A stretch of 62,127 bases of DNA, counting the filler, from Sphacelaria rigidula (lineage: Eukaryota), in assembly GCA_964200075.2 (NCBI GenBank). It is 8 parts of 8 records of this genome, joined end to end, with 100 filler letters (N's around TTAATTAATTAA, not from the genome) between each part and the next. Parts side by side here need not be neighbours in the genome. Positions count along the whole stretch, not along the records: positions 1 to 7,679 come from CAXNAA020013815.1; positions 7,780 to 15,458 come from CAXNAA020013816.1; 6 more parts are not named here. One strand, given 5' to 3'. Shown here in pieces: positions 1-12,262 of the stretch. The notes under the pieces are model-generated. The model was not told the origin of the DNA. It saw only the letters and a list, made by a program, of their open reading frames with translations, and made no database searches. A program made the position numbers and the translations under genes. The stretch's first letter is position 1, and every line of letters starts with the position of its first letter.

Positions 1-1119
1 TCGCGTATGGGCGCATCTGCATCGGATCTGTTGAATGCCGGCCCTTAGGCGTCTGATGATGGGGGTGGGAGTGGGGGTGGGAGAAATAAGGGCGTACACA
101 CAATATCAGGCGGCTCTCCTTGCCATGAGCAAAACACATATTTCAGAATTGAAGAGAAGGCTGTTCCCCAACTTTTGATGATTGACTCTCCTGTCATGTA
201 ACGGGTCCAGATGCCGCGATGGTCCCTCGCAGAGACGTGGCTGGTTTGAGGCGGCAAACTCTTCGACTGAGTCGAAGTGACAAACCGAGCACAACGAGCA
301 GCTGGGACCTCCCACGCTGTGGATCCTTCCGGCCAATGTCGTCCAAATGGGGCGCCCCATGCAGTCTGAAAGCAGCTATCATACGCCGTGTGTTGATTTT
401 CTTCGTGGCAGTTTGGGGGTCGGTTTGGGGGGGGGGGTACTCATCTGCTGCTTGCCTTAGTGGCAGGGACTACCGCGGCATCATCTACGAATAATTTCCA
501 TGTGTTGCTTAAATCGCAACCGATCCCCTCCTGTACAGCACCCCGAACTTGTACAAAGCTAGCCACAATCGACTTGAGGTTGCAACACATAATCCCATAA
601 GAACTCGCGTGGTACGACCTCCTCGAAAATGTACGCAATTTTCTTGTAAGAAACACTGTATGTGTTTTCGATCCGCTCCGGGAGCCGAAAGAGAACGTTC
701 TCTTCAGTATTTTATTAGGAACCGCGGTGAAACAAACGCTCTTGTTTCAGGGTTTCTCCAGAAACCACAGTTGTTCTTGCAGGCAATAGAGAGGGACCAG
801 TCTCGCTGGGGTGCAGCAATTTCACGTCTTTCATACCCCAAGACGCCTTCCATCCACATCATGAAAACCGGCTTGGAACGCAGCCAAAATGTGCGATGGA
901 TTATTGGGGAAACCAGTGATGCCATGGAATGCACATATGCATCATTTTGGAGGCATAGTTTTTTTTGAATGGCCCTGGTTCTCTTTAGTCGGATCTTGTA
1001 CCCCGTCTCCACCGGTGCACCGGGAACGAATGCGCAGTTTCGACAGGGTCGCCAACCCCTCCCCCCCCGTTCCCCGTTGCCGCGCCTGCTTCGCCCTTTA
1101 ACAGCCAATCAACGAAATT

Positions 1120-1525
1120 GAGGATGGAGCTTTTCATTGATGATGATAACCCGGAAAGTCCAAATCTTCGCATTCAAACCAATTCTGCGAGATGTGGTTA
1201 CATTCCTTCACCTGCTGGTAGCTATTGACGACTGCTACACGCCATAAACAATTGGATTCCGATTACCGAAATTTGGGGGTCCTAGTGGATGATAAAACAT
1301 CTGTTGGGAATTGAGGTGATCCAGCCGGATCACTTACGTTCCCAACATTTTCTTTTTCACCTGAAACCCCCAAATTTCGGCCATCGGAATCCAATTATTC
1401 ATGGCGTGAAGTAGTTGCCAATAGCTACCAGCAGATGAAGGAATGGAACCATATATTGATAATTGGTGTGGATGCGAAGACTGTAATTTTCCGGATTATC
1501 ATCATCAACGAAAAACCCCATCCTC
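1120..1525. repeat. ~400-bp imperfect foldback (long inverted repeat)
   Basis: Left arm gaggatgg...tgatgatgataa.ccggaaa...ctgctggtagctattg...ccgaaatttggggg mirrors the right arm, around a central gtgatcc-agcc-ggatcac at ~1316-1333. Confidence 0.88.
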
Positions 1526-2630
1526 TAAAAGGATAATCGGCTGTTCTTTGTTATTCTCCAGCTTGGATCAGCAAGCACCCGCGCAGCCTGTCAAAGTAAA
1601 TTGACCTGATTGGTTCTGCTATCATTTCTGTAAAACTTCGAAAATCATTTTCGTTTCCTGGGATCACTGCAACAATATCTTACAATGTGTCATCTCCCCA
1701 CAGCTGATCAGACAGCTTCGACAACCAGCCCTCTTCTACGCAAGACGCATGAGAAACACATAATATTGCTGTTGTTCTTGCTCTTGTTGTTTGCTGTTTG
1801 CTGTCGTTGTTTTTGTTGTTGTCGTTGCTTCCTTCCTTCTTTCCTTTCTGTGGCTTCTGCTTCTGTCTTTTTCTATTTCTTTCCCTTTTTTTCTTGTCTT
1901 TTTCTGTTATTTTTTGCTGCTCCTGACCACGGGCTGGAGTTTTGCAATCAGATAATATGAGATAATCAATCAGTTGATCGACCGATCAACCAATCAACCA
2001 ATCAACCAATCAACCAATCAATAGTGAGAAGAACAATAACAAATTTCCGAAGAGGTTCGATTCCGTCGATTTCGCGCAGAAGCGCTTCAATTGTTCCTGG
2101 ACATGCTCATGTCAGTCGTAAGTATATATAGGGTCATTCCAGGATACCTAATGTCCCAGCGGAGGCGTGCTTGAGATGTCAGGTCAGGGATTCTGAGATA
2201 CGTTTAGTTCAGTGTGATGCATCGACGTAGGTTCAAATGAAAGGCGCAAGCGCATTTTGGATACGATGCCCAGTGGTTGTCGACGGTACTACCTATGTGA
2301 GAAGGCAGCTCGAGGTTGAACGTGACGGGAAAAATGGGTGTGGCGTGGGTTCTGTACGTCGGTGCAGGTATCTCAATCCTTGGTTAGGGGTCAGTTGACG
2401 CTTGCGCAATCTCAGGCTGATTGCGGTACCAATTGCTCCGTATATGATACAGAAATGAACAATGCTGCACACATACTCCCCAACACAGGCCTCTGTCAGC
2501 CCGTATTACAGCGGTGAAAACATCGAGATGTAAGCACACGACGGGCAAGATGATATTTGGAATTAGGTTTTACTTTTTCTTAGCATATTGTAGTATTGAT
2601 TCAACATATTTTCTTCTGCATGTTTGTTGA

Positions 2631-3649
2631 ATTAAGCCTTTTGGCACCGGACCCCCACTAACACAGGGTTGACCCTGTTTTAGTGGAATAATTAAAAATA
2701 AGTCAGGGAGCGACCTGCCCAATCACGGCGGGGTGAAATTTATCGACCAGACCCGAGCGACCAGCGCGGGGATTGTTGTCGAGTGCGATGCCACTGCAAA
2801 TATCGTGTGGGGGCCCTATCCCTGGCCCAGAAAAGCCTTCCCAGGTTTCCAAATGCAGGATGGTCGCAGCTTGGTTTTATGGTATTACTTGCACTCAGTA
2901 CAGCGTTCCCGAGTTTTTTCGGAGTGTTTTTGGGTCCCAGTTATATACTAAAACGTAGTAATTTACACTAACACAGGGTGGACCGGAAAGCCGGAAAGGA
3001 GCGTACATGCTACCATGTGGTCATTTTCACGAGGCACTGAACCCAGCTGGGCCGGGGAAAGACAAAAGGAGCTACCGTCACGAATTCTGCGTATCCCTCT
3101 GCCGATGACTTACAGTGTGCAGTTAACATGTATGTAGTGGGCGGGGATGAAGAATCGGTATATTGGCAGTTGATCTCGGTGGCTGAAGATTGCCCAGAAC
3201 GTGCAAGGGAATATGCAGCGGCAGCTGCTGCTGCAGTCGGGGAGGCGTTCTGCACTGTTGTACTGTACTATACTGTATGCATGCGCGCCGCAACGCCGAT
3301 ACCCTTCGAAAAGATTTCGCCGCATGCAACAAAGAGGGAAATCGCGGCCCTCCCCGACCACAAAGGGCTGTGTGGCACGGTGATGGGAGCAATATTCAAG
3401 GCCACAAGTGGCGGGCGGCCCGTCGGTCGTCGCATCGTGTTGGAAGCTCTTTACCGCGACCCATACCGCTCGCTACATCAGATGTACATTACCATATGTA
3501 CACCCTGCACCTGAAAACAGATTGGATGAAACTTTCGTGGTTGCGTACGCGGATTATCAGCAACACGCCACTGTTTCGTGCAGGCGCCAGACACGTCATT
3601 CCTAACCAGCCTCATTGGTCGTTCTGGAGGTCCGGTCCCGAGAGGGTCA
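2631..3649. mobile_element. piggyBac-like non-autonomous element (~1 kb); partial second copy at ~14070-14843
   Basis: Left end ttaa-gccttttggcaccggaccccca vs right end ggaggtccggtcccgagagggtcaa (degenerate TTAA/CCCT TIR). 2905-3649 is colinear with 14072-14843 in another contig. Confidence 0.65.
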
Positions 3650-3809
3650 AAGCTTGGTGTCTAATTAAAAGATTGACTCAAAATAAGGATATGTTCGACA
3701 ACAAAAATGCGGGTATCGAACATTGTCTAATTCTTGGGGGTTAGTTCTTCCGAAATGCACACCGTTCTGCTACAAAGTAGTGTCCCTGCTCCCCAAAACT
3801 GTGACTCGC

Positions 3810-3962
3810 CTTTGTAGCATCCACTGCAGGGTCAACGAGCAGATCGAAAATCTTTTCATTGTAGATCTCCATGTACGTGATGGTCACGCTGAAAGCCGTC
3901 TCCACTCGAGCATTCACCTCCTGGAATACGTGGGCCAGGGACCTCGGAGATATACCTCGGTG
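3810..3962 (-). CDS. KIF9: KIF9-like kinesin exon following the P-loop
   Basis: cag|HRGISPRSLAHVFQEVNARVETAFSVTITYMEIYNEKIFDLLVDPAVDATK, containing the kinesin RGI.PR and YxEIYNE.I.DLL motifs; phase 0. Probable GC donor AAG|gcgagt. The joined NYQHRGI.PR is KIF9-like. The rest of the gene was not found in this contig. Confidence 0.9.
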
Positions 3963-4763
3963 CTGTGATGGGAAAATGTCATGACGTACGTGTGAAGAGC
4001 AAAAGTAAAAAAATAAGCGTCCTCTGTTTAGTTGTTGGGTGCAACAGAGTCTACTGCGAGGGGAATATCGGATCTTTCCTTCATCTCTGAGATATTAAAA
4101 AGAAGAGGGAATGTTAGTGTTTAATCCCGAACCGATTGTGGAATGTGATCTACAGAGGTCCAGAATGGTCTCCACAACTAACTGCGATGAGATAGCGTCG
4201 GTACGTGACGGAGAGGTCGGCTGGGCCTGGTTTTAGTGTTGTCCTCTTTCGCCTACCGGATAATGTCATTGCTCTCGCTTAACGGGGGAAGTTTGCACTT
4301 TTGACCTCCCCCCCCCGTCCGCAGGGCGAGTCCCTATTCTCAGGGGATCGATTCACTCATATCTACCCTCGTTGGTGACTACCTGCCTACCTGCCTACCT
4401 GCCTTGCGGTGTACTATTATAGTATGCATTGGATCGGCACGCATTTCTACAGTATGTCACGTTTTTTGTGAGTCATATTTGTTGGTGGGGAATCACGTTC
4501 CCATGTTGTCGGAGGACGGGAGCCAGAGACGAGGTTACTGTCGGGGATCGAACCCACAGAGTCCGTCCGAACCAGCATTGATGTATCACTTTGAGCACCC
4601 GGACGCGGAGGTTGCTATTAGACGATGATTGGTTGGTTGGTTGATGGTGGCACACTAACATTAAATTGATCCACTACGAACCCAGCCGAGGTCACAAGAT
4701 AACCGACGCACCCAAAGCCGATGAGCGGAAAACGAGGGGCGATTGAGATCGGAGAGAGGACGA

Positions 4764-5872
4764 GGGGGTGTACTCATTTGTTGCTGACCTTAGGCGTTTG
4801 CCCGCTGACAACGCATCCATTTTGGGATGGAGCACCGACGGAGCACCGAGAACGGGGGGAGATGAGATGTGTTTTCCATATTTTTACGTTGAACTCTTTC
4901 ACTATTTCAACATATATATGTGGATATGCCGATATACTGAGCGCAACGACAACCATAGGGCCGAAGCTCCTAAGAGCACGTGGGCGCGTGCACTGCGCCA
5001 ACTTGATGGAGGGTTTTAGTGGGAGCATCCGCCGCACTACCTTGAGCCACCGCTCGAGGCGCCTTTCCCACATGACTGCCACGAGGTGGTCTAGCCAAGC
5101 CTTCGGGTAATCGGTACACGAACTCGCTTGCGAAACTCGCCTGTGGAGTAAGTGTTGAGTTGGGTTTCTTCCTTCCGTCGAGGAAAAACAAAAACACGAC
5201 AACACATGCAGGAGACGTGGAGCGTTTTCCTGTATTCCACCACCCGTCAGAAAACGTCGAGCCCTAAGCTAGCTACTATATGATTGATCTTGTGTTCGTT
5301 CTTACGTATGTATCGAGACGTCTGTTTCGTTGTTTGGATACTTGATCGACTGATACAAATTAACACTATCTTGATGACTCGTATTTTCCCAAATCTCTGA
5401 TAAAATATACTCCGACTCCAAACCCAACACCGAAATGAAAAACGTCATACGGAGACAAGGCCTACTGCTCTTGTCCAGGTCAGGACTCCTCAACGATGGA
5501 CTACTAAGGACGCACTAAAGCGGGGATTCATCCCGGTGCCTCGGGTTTGCCCGTCCAGTATGACCATATTGTGGTGAAAACCCGGACTACTTTGTTTGTC
5601 ACTATATGAACTTTTCGCATTCCTCGGGATGTATCCGTAGTCTCAAGGGATCAACCATTCTCTCGCCCCGAGATAGATGTTGGTCACAGACGGTGAAATA
5701 GGACGAGGATGAGATATGTAAAAGGTTTTTCAGTAATGTATGGAAGAAACGTAATGAGCACCGAAATGTTGGAGGTGTCTCTATTAGGAGTATGGAAGGT
5801 GCTCCGTCTCGAAAGGGATGCGTGGTCAATGGTCAAACGACTAAGGCAAGCAACAAATGACTACGCCCCCCC
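4764..5872. mobile_element. TIR element (MITE-like) with ~75-bp inverted ends GGGGGYGTACTCATTTGTTGCT...; related termini at ~430-465 and ~7580-7636
   Basis: 4764-4837 is an imperfect reverse complement of 5798-5872; the same terminal motif recurs twice more in the contig. Confidence 0.7.
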
Positions 5873-6070
5873 GGTGGGTGCCTAATATTTGTTGATCGAG
5901 GATGGGCTTCGTACTCCCGCACCCGCGCTACACTGGTCAGCGCGATGACTTGAGAATATCTAGGCAGGGGTGTTGGGCTTTCGCCGAAGCGATCTCGACC
6001 GTACTGTGGTGAGACAGTGCACTTTGAGGGGGATGACCGCACTATAGAGGGGCCACAATGTAATTGTCAC

Positions 6071-6144
6071 CTGGTAGTTTCCGGAGTCCCCAGTCATAGT
6101 GAACGTCTTGCCGGAACCCGTCTGGCCGTAGGTCATGATGCATC
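6071..6144 (-). CDS. KIF9: KIF9-like kinesin P-loop exon
   Basis: cag|GA TGC...CAG|gtgac. Encodes (G)CIMTYGQTGSGKTFTMTGDSGNYQ with the kinesin Walker A motif. Phase matches the previous exon. Confidence 0.93.
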
Positions 6145-6707
6145 CTGGCGGAGAGTGGTGCAAGCGGTCAATTCATACAGACCTTGACGACGCGCTCTAC
6201 ACGCTGGTTGTGTCTTGACGGAACGGTGACTCGTAAATATCTCAGCAGCGTTCGTTCCATTTGTTCCCGGGGGGACCGCGAGGACAGTGCTCGCCTTGTA
6301 CTGCTGTACATATCGGACGACCATGTTCCTTCACGTCTTAGGCAGACAAGCGTTCACTGTAGGAAATTCTACCGTACACTTAGCCGCTGCGCCCCGGCGG
6401 TTCTTCAGATACATCTTCAAAACGATCAGGGAGGAGTAGGGGGTACAGCCTCACTTAAGCACAGGTGACGTGTTGGGACAAAATTTTGAGGTTTCGAATC
6501 GCATGATAAGCGAGTTAGTTTGAATAATCGGAATCCATCGCTGAGAACATGAGAAATTTAGAACCAAAACCAAAATGACGAGCCTCGGCGCCGTGCAGTT
6601 GTGCTGATCCGTTTCGTGATACCAAAACATCGTACATGTAGCGACTGAGAGGTAGATAGTATCCTCGAGACTACGGAGTCGTCCCGAAGAAAAAGAGCGG
6701 TTGAAAC

Positions 6708-6742
<35 letters not shown>

Positions 6743-6897
6743 TCACATATAAAACCGTTCCGATATCTGCGCAGTACTTTGTATTGGGCATCTGATGCGG
6801 ACGCCTTCCGTGGTCACAAGCTAACTACCCCAAGCTAGGGTAAAAGAAGATCATGAAATAAATCGTACCCAGAAACAGTTCACACAGACGCGATACG
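6708..6897 (-). mobile_element. Dispersed retroposon-like 3' end with (AAC)n tail; other copies at ~25216-25370 and ~49063-49238, inverted fragments at ~49015-49062 and ~49510-49572
   Basis: Conserved core accgttccgatatctgcgc...gggcatctgatgcggacgccttccgtggtcacaggcta abuts a (GTT)n tract in the three main copies. Confidence 0.7.
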
Positions 6898-7369
6898 AGA
6901 GCAATGACGACTAAAAAAGCCTTTGGCACGCTTCGGTTACCGTCTAAAGCAACAGTAATACTATCTTCGATCTTGTCTGATGCGTCGATGAAAACTATCA
7001 CATGCACCTTCAACGATTGAAAATAGGAGCGCTGTTTCGAAAACTCGATCTGCCTGGGAGAGTGAATCAAGAAAATGGTCTGGGAGTACAGCAAAACGAT
7101 ATATTCGACCAGCTAACGGTATGGACGTGGAGCTCTGAGCAAGAGCTTCTGCTTGAGCCATCCCACGAGATCCCTCCCGTCAGACTCGGTGCGCTAGGGC
7201 CATCAACGTAAATCATCCCCCCCTAACAACCAATGGTTCCCTCATCCCCCTAACATCTGGGAAATACCGAACGAGTCAGAAGTTGTTGACTTTTTGTGGT
7301 ATATAGTATGGCTCCCTATAATGTTGAGATATGCACACCACATGGTGTACGCGTTTTATGAAATATCAC

Positions 7370-7553
7370 CACTGATTCCGTCGACCGAACCCTGGACCAC
7401 ATCCCTAGCGAGCCCGTCGTATATGGTGTCCTGGCCGGCATTGTGCAACACATGATGGAACTGGAAACGGAAGCAGTTCTGCCTGTTGTCGTGCATGCCC
7501 GTCGCTGCCACCTCTGCCTCTGTCTCCAGCGTTGCATGGTTCACAGTAATCGT
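7370..7553 (-). CDS. KIF9: Kinesin-9 (KIF9-like) motor domain, internal exon
   Basis: Pyrimidine tract plus cag acceptor; TITVNH...FRFQFHHVLHNAGQDTIYDGLARDVVQGSVDGIS-G; donor G|gtgata (phase 1). Resembles the kinesin-9 'F.FD.VLH.ASQD.VY...A.DVV...LDG.NG' segment. Confidence 0.88.
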
Positions 7554-7679
7554 CTGGCAGCAGCAGCAAAGAGAGGAGGGGGGGGGGGCGTACTCATGTG
7601 TTGCTTGCCTTAGTCGTGAGTACGCCCCCCCCCCCCGATGCTCGCAATGCACTTAGGAACCCCACTCACAGCTCCAGAC

Positions 7680-7779
7680 NNNNNNNNNNNNNNNNNNNNN
7701 NNNNNNNNNNNNNNNNNNNNNNNTTAATTAATTAANNNNNNNNNNNNNNNNNNNNNNNNNNNNNNNNNNNNNNNNNNNN
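7680..7779. other. Artificial contig linker (N44-TTAATTAATTAA-N44); same linker at 15459-15558, 23238-23337, 31016-31115, 38794-38893, 46572-46671, 54350-54449
   Basis: Identical 100-bp spacers carrying stops in all six frames separate pieces of 7679, 7679, 7679, 7678, 7678, 7678, 7678 and 7678 bp, i.e. size-sorted unplaced contigs. Confidence 0.97.
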
Positions 7780-8160
7780 GTTGAATTTTAAATATAGCTC
7801 GTCTGGGTCCACTAGGTTGGGGTGCGGCAGGGTTGAAGAATGAAAGTGAACACTTATGGAGCACTCATACATGGAAATAGCTGCTGTTATTTCCGGTTGC
7901 CCCATATATGTGCTTGGCATAGGCATTTTCAAAAGATAATCGATATATGAGGAGTAAGTGGTTGGTTGTGAATGTATACTGTAGAGATGTTCTTTGTCGA
8001 TCCCGTCGTGAATGTGGAAATCGTTGTTGTGACGGTTGTTTGCTAGGTGTCTCAGAATTTGATGTCGAGCTTTCATATGCAATTCAGGATCTCCAAGGAA
8101 ACGCCTAGCAATCGCCCTGAACCCGCCCGAACCATCTCCTATTTCATGCTGAACAATCCA
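7780..8160 (-). pseudogene. OTU-like cysteine protease domain fused to the Helitron helicase C-terminus (truncated by contig end)
   Basis: In frame after the PIF1 tail HTESVVY: EIGDGSGGFRAIARRFLGD...H...R...YMGQPEITAAISMYECSISVH...LYLKFN, matching the OTU GDGxCxFRA and WGxxxEI.A patterns. The Cys position reads GGC (8125-8127). Confidence 0.8.
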
Positions 8161-11100
8161 CGTTGGGTGCGGAACGTTCGGGTCAGTTGAGCGTTGATGA
8201 TCTTCATTGGTGGCAGCATCTATGCATGGCGAATAGACAACACTCTCGGTGTGTGGAATACCGTCGATGATGTGGTCTGTAGGTAGGAGACATGATGGAT
8301 TGACGATTTTGTGCGCGGTTTAATGCGACGTACAGTTGACCATGGGCGAAAGCAGGCGACCTCAAGTCTAAACCTATTTTGGTCAAAGTCTGTCCTTGGC
8401 TCTTGTTAATTGTCATCGAATAAGCCGTTCTAAGGGGAAGCTGGACACGCATAAAATTTATTCCATTCCGTCCAACCTTCGCATGAAAACCGATTGTTGG
8501 AATCAAAGCTATTGGTCTGAGTGTTTCATCGGTGAGAAGCTCAACTTGTATTACCCTCGTATTGGGTGAAATAGCGCGCAACACACATTTTCGGCCGTTG
8601 ACGAGTCCTTCTGAAAAGTTGAGGTTCCTTGTGATCATCACGAGACCATCGGTTTTGAGCTGAAGCTGATGCGGTGGAACACCTTGCAGGTTGAGTTGGT
8701 TGAGATGTTCAGGCGATGCAAATGCTGTGTGAGATGATGACTCGTCTGAAATGAGAGAATCCGAACTATAGAAAGAGCAGTGATTTCCCGGACGTTGGTC
8801 GGAGATGGCGTCATTGGAACGGTCAATGGCATTGTTTATGGTGGCTGATATTGCTCGTTTTTCCCATGTACGGGAGTCTTCGGTAACATCTGGGTAAACA
8901 AATTTGATCAGATCGCTAAAATTTGCCGTGTATTTTATTCGAAAGTGGTTAGATTGATTGTCGTCGTTATTGTTGTTCAAGATGATAAATTCAGTTCCGT
9001 TAATTATTTGGGTTGGTTTTGACCCTTCCCCTATAGCCCGAACAAATGCAGCATCTGGGGATCGCCTTTATTTCTCTGTGATTTGGTTAGTTTCATTCGT
9101 TGTATATTTTTCCACAAAGTGCTAGAGATGAAGGCTGCGTCAATGGTGTCAGTTGCAGAACCATTTTTGACTATTGGACCTGTCTGGCGCCAGTCGCCGC
9201 TGAATACGATTGTTTTGCCACCGAAAATAGTGTCATTTTTCAATCAACCCTCTAGCTCGTGCTGCATCGTGAAAAGTTGCGTGTATTTCAGGCTCACTAT
9301 TATCAGTCAACACGGTACGCAAATCATCATATGATTTTGCCGGTACACTGTGAAGCAAAAGTCTTGAATAGAAGAGGTCGTCTACTGCTGGATTTTGAAA
9401 AGATGCACGACACACGTGATATTTTTTTTCGTCTGGAAACGACGGTTTTGTAACCGTCCAAATATTTTCCTCAGCGAGCAACCTCAAGTGGAGCGTCTGT
9501 TTTTTTTGGAGTGGTGACGGTGTACTGTTTGTAGTAATCTAAAATAGTCAGGTCAGCGAAGCAGTCATGAATTGGTCTGTGGAAATATTTCAGTAAATGT
9601 GTTAGAGAGTTTTCTGCTAATTCCAGTCGTTGCTCATGGGTCGCATCTTCAGGATACGTGATGTACTGTTCTCCTTCGAGATGCGCATGAATCTTAGTGA
9701 CTGCAGGATACCTATCTACCATGCTATAACCCAACAATCTCCATGTTGCTTCCGCAGCGGAGATGTATCTAGTTTTCCTGTATTGCTCAATTTCACTCGT
9801 GATTCGTTGAATCCTTGCCTTTGCGAAATCCGCACCCTTGTTGACATACTTAAAAAGATACTTGACACAGGCTGTAGCGGTAATGATATCCACACATATA
9901 TGACAATCAAACATCATGAGCAACATGGGATTGTATGGCACCACCCGTTCATTTCCGATCTTCACATCTGTCCATTTCCCATCAACGCGCACTCTGATGG
10001 TTAGGTTATCACCGTTATTTGTTCTCTTGTATTCTGCTCGTCTCGTTTGTCACTGATCGACGCAACACTTCTAAAAGGTTGTGGATAATATTTGTTGCAA
10101 GACTTTCGTGTCTTATCTTTGTTTAATTGCCTGCATGGAGAGTTTACGTTATGTGTTCCGCAGGGTGTGTGTATCATATATTTTAGTACTTTTTCCCTCA
10201 ATTTTCCTTCAGAGATGTGTTCGCTAGGCAGCTGAGCCCAAACCCACTTGTCAATTTCGTTTAGAGCGTCTGGACCTGCGTTTTTAAACGTCATCAAACA
10301 GTGAGCATGTGGATAGCCGCGTCTCTGAAATTCTGTGACAGAGAGATGACTATCATATGAGCCAAAAACGTTTCCTGACTTGAGTACTCTCATGATTTCC
10401 CTCATTTTCATCTTGAACACCCGACAACATAAATCAGGACGACCATACGCGCATTGCCCCGGCAGCAAATTTTATTTTACTTCTGGCCAATCGGCGTTAA
10501 ATGTGACTGTGATAAACAAATGCGGTCTCCCTCGCCTATTGACGATGCTTAAAGCGTCTTCCGTATCCCTCTTTCTCTTCGCAGGTGACCCTGGGTGGCA
10601 AAAGCAGGAAGCAGTTTTCCAGGTTGTTCGTCGGGTTGAGAGTCTCGAATTGATCGGTCGGAAGCTAGTCTTCGTTGAAGAGTAGCATTTTCTACGAATA
10701 ACAACCGTTCTTCTTCCATTTTGCTTAGGGAATCACACACCCATTCTTGTGCTATGCGGCTATTCAGTTTGAACATTGGTTCCGAAAGGATTCTTTGCCT
10801 GCAGTAAAAAGGGAACGTAACAGGGTGAGTGTTGTGCTCGTTCGTGGTCTTTGATTTGAATGGAGGGTCTTCACTGTAATGCCCTTTACTCCAACCTGCT
10901 TCTCCATGCAAATATAATAGTGGAAATTGTAAAGTTTCACAAGTTGAACTCCAAAGCGGCAAAAATCGTGGTTCATTACCTGGGCCGTTTTCGGGATATG
11001 TCACCACTGTACGCGGTGCATCGTTTTGATTACCTGAAGTGTACACTAGGGCTGCTATTTCAGGTGCACATAGTTTGTCCCTCACAATCGGTCCGTCGAT

Positions 11101-12093
11101 TGCACGGCTCACTTCCGCAAATTCTATGAAGGAAGATTCTGATTGTTCACGGCGATCATGTGACGCGTTTAGTATGTGATCGACAGCTGATTTGTATTCT
11201 TGAGCCCATCTAATTTTAGTGTGTATATGTGTCCTTAGTGTACGTGCAATTTGAATGTTTGAACACAGCGATGAAGCCTTCTCAGCAAATTCCGAATCAT
11301 GTATGTAAAATCTAGCACTGTTAGCTACGTTGTATTTTTCATACCTCTCCTGTAAATCAAAGATTCTATGGTACGCTTTACCATGGAAGCACAGCATTGA
11401 GGGTGGCCCTGGTTCTGTCCATGTCCGTTTTCCCAAACCTCCTGCTCCTAATGCAGTAAAACTGAACAACCCGTTGTACCTTCTTCGCAAATTTTGGAAC
11501 GACGTGCTCTGGAATATTGAGTTTAGGTTTTCCGGAACAGGTTTGAGCGGATGAATGGTAGATCTACCTTCGTTGCAGCAATTGTATCTGTTGTACCTTT
11601 CCTCTTTCCATAGCGCGGAGCTGCAACGGGGGCAAGTGTAGTTACTTTCATGCATCAGATAAGGGAACTGCAATTAATACGGTTCGAGCAGATAGTCTTT
11701 TCGTATGGAATTAAAATCTTGTACGCCAAGCCTTTCGTTTTCTGAGTCGCTGCTGTCGTTATCATCTGTATTCATATCGCTATCTAGAGGTCTTCTCGGA
11801 GGGCGGTTTCTCATTCTGTTAAAATGTTGCGCTATAATATCAGTTTCTGAGTCTGAGTCACTGCTGATGAGATCAACTTGTTGTGTTACAATCACGTCGG
11901 TTCCTGAGTCAGGGTCGCTGCAAAAATCAGATGCTATGAAGTTGTTTTGAGGTTGAACTTGTTGCCTGCGATAGCCGCCTCGGATTTGACCCGCTGATCT
12001 TCGTTGCGCTATGACCTCAGCACGCCTTCTTCTATCACGCGCGTTATCAGCACGATGTGCAGCTCCACGCGTAGTACGTTGATGTGTAAACAT
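7780..12093 (-). mobile_element. Helitron RepHel (Zn finger - HUH Rep - PIF1 helicase - OTU), degraded
   Basis: CPRC...CC Zn finger; Rep motifs LFITVTFN, EFQRRGYPHAH, YLFKYVNKG; VVPYNP, RYISAAEATWR; PIF1 motifs FGGK...GDWRQ, RNLN..GLVNG, QLPLRTAYSMTINKSQGQTL, HGQLYVAL. Broken into ~8 ORF pieces by frameshifts and stops. Confidence 0.96.
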
Positions 12094-12262
12094 GTCAGTT
12101 GAGAGTGTATCGGAAACGTTGAAAGAGGTTTAGGGGAGCGTTTGCCCAATGTAGGTTTTTACCTTCACGCGAAAACGTCGTGCCTCAAAAATCCTTCAGG
12201 GAGTCTGGGACGGCGGCTGACGGTTGGGACGCCTCCTTCTCGGGTGTCGTCCCCTAGTCCTT

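Noticed and set aside
2489-2529. Plus-strand micro-exon (cacag|...|gtaagc)
   Set aside because: Good splice signals, but it is antisense to the kinesin gene, has no partner exons and encodes no recognisable peptide.
7724-7735. Regularly spaced TTAATTAATTAA palindromes every ~7.78 kb
   Set aside because: Assembly linkers embedded in Ns. Adjacency between contigs has no biological meaning.
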